From Utricularia gibba (Eukaryota > Plantae > Magnoliophyta), in NCBI GenBank assembly GCA_002189035.1, contig CM007991.1:4402001-4466000 (forward strand): 64,000 bases of DNA. Reading direction: 5' to 3'. The translations under genes were made by a program, and so were the position numbers. This document shows, in pieces, positions 62,971-64,000 of this stretch. Below the pieces are notes generated by a model, which saw only the letters and a list, made by a program, of their open reading frames with translations, was not told the origin of the DNA and ran no database searches. Within the stretch, counting starts at the first letter, position 1. Each line of letters begins with the position of its first letter.

Positions 62971-63079
62971 AAATAAGCAAATGCATCACTTCAACAAGAG
63001 AAAAAAGTAGTTCCTTTGAAATTCTCCGATGAACCATACAAACATGCATTTTTTTAAGATCTAAAACATATCTTCCAAC

Positions 63080-63133
63080 AAGAGTTTTCCATTCAATAAG
63101 AGTTTTCCATTCAATAAGAGTTTTCCATTCAAT
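63080..63133. repeat. Perfect 18-bp tandem repeat x3 (AAGAGTTTTCCATTCAAT)
   Basis: Three identical adjacent units with no spacers; reads IEWKTL x3 on the minus strand. Confidence 0.9.
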
Positions 63134-63745
63134 AGTAAACATGTTTGCTCACCACTTGAATCACACCTATCATTATGTTTTTCTCTAGCATGCTTCAAAA
63201 AGTACTAGTACCTCTATTTTTTTCTATTTATAAACCTTTCTACAATGATTATGAATAGTATATTCCATTTCAGCATTACATATATAATGATCTTTCTAGT
63301 AAATATTACCAACAACCTCTTATCTTAACCGTTTTCTAGAAACATGCAACTCACCAGCCATAGAATCAATATTCTCATTTTTTAAAATATTTATAGAATC
63401 AATAATATTTTCTAAATCAATAGGAGACCCTTCAGATGTATTCGAAGTCATTATTCTAAAGAAAGAAAATAAAATAGAAGAATCCTAACAATGAAAATCT
63501 AGTGATATCATGAAACTAAAATGATGGGTAAAAACCAAATGTCGGTTGACAAAACAAAACTCGATTTCATAGCACTGAACTTTGAGTTGAAGGAAGTCAC
63601 TTGAAGCATTGCAAGAAGAACGTTGAAAGTCATAGAGGAGAAGAGAATGCCGAGGGTTTGTGGAACATGAATGTTAACTAATAAATGTGGGTAAATATAG
63701 GCTTATGCATTATAATTATATTAAAAACTTTTGGCCCATTGATAT

Positions 63746-64000
63746 TGTTGCGTGTAGTTTCCTCAACAAATTTTAAATATTTAAAACATAAAACACCAAA
63801 TAGCGTAATACGGGTATCGATCTCAGGGAGTTGTTTTTCGTGAAAAGTGTTTTGTAAGCAACTTCTACAAAATATCACGGTTTTGTAAAAGGGGGTTTGT
63901 GGAATGCAGAAAGAAAAGTTACAACCTAAGTGATGGGTCTTGACTATGGTACGCAGTTCTTGGGAATAAGATTCCATTTCCTTCCTTTGTCTGTCCTTGC
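63746..64000 (-). mobile_element. Family-B LTR, running off the window end
   Basis: TGTTGCGTGTAGTTTCCTCAACAAATTTT matches the 20148 terminus. Confidence 0.85.

Noticed and set aside
63080-63133. 18-bp repeat x3 as a CRISPR array
   Set aside because: No spacers, plant nuclear context and no cas genes; a simple tandem duplication.

Overview
AT-rich eudicot plant nuclear DNA (spliceosomal introns, LTR and DNA transposons); no prokaryotic features, CRISPR arrays, tRNAs or rRNAs were seen. Eight host genes can be reconstructed with GT-AG exon models: an NT-C2 (EEIG1/EHBP1-type) gene (1.0-4.6 kb), an ARM-repeat gene, MAP65-8, an NF-YC13/DPB3-like histone-fold gene, a REF/SRPP (LDAP1-like) gene, an F-box/SEL1/MYND gene, a RanBP2-type zinc-finger gene and a miR156-targeted SPL gene (34-55 kb). 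The blocks at 5-33 kb and 57-64 kb are almost entirely transposon-derived. The main structure is a three-level nest: a Copia element split inside RT by a 10.3-kb PIF/Harbinger element (TTA TSD), which holds two solo LTRs and a 3.5-kb hAT-type element (8-bp TSD). That hAT-type element carries a spliced cargo pseudogene joining a Transposase_28-like domain to an FCP1/NIF HAD-phosphatase-like domain, the most unusual item here. Other notable items are six solo LTRs with exact TSDs, an inverted LTR-in-LTR forming a ~0.9-kb-arm hairpin upstream of SPL, a covarying LTR stem-loop, a variant miR156 site and homopolymer frameshifts that may be assembly errors. Family and locus names come from recalled motifs, not database searches.
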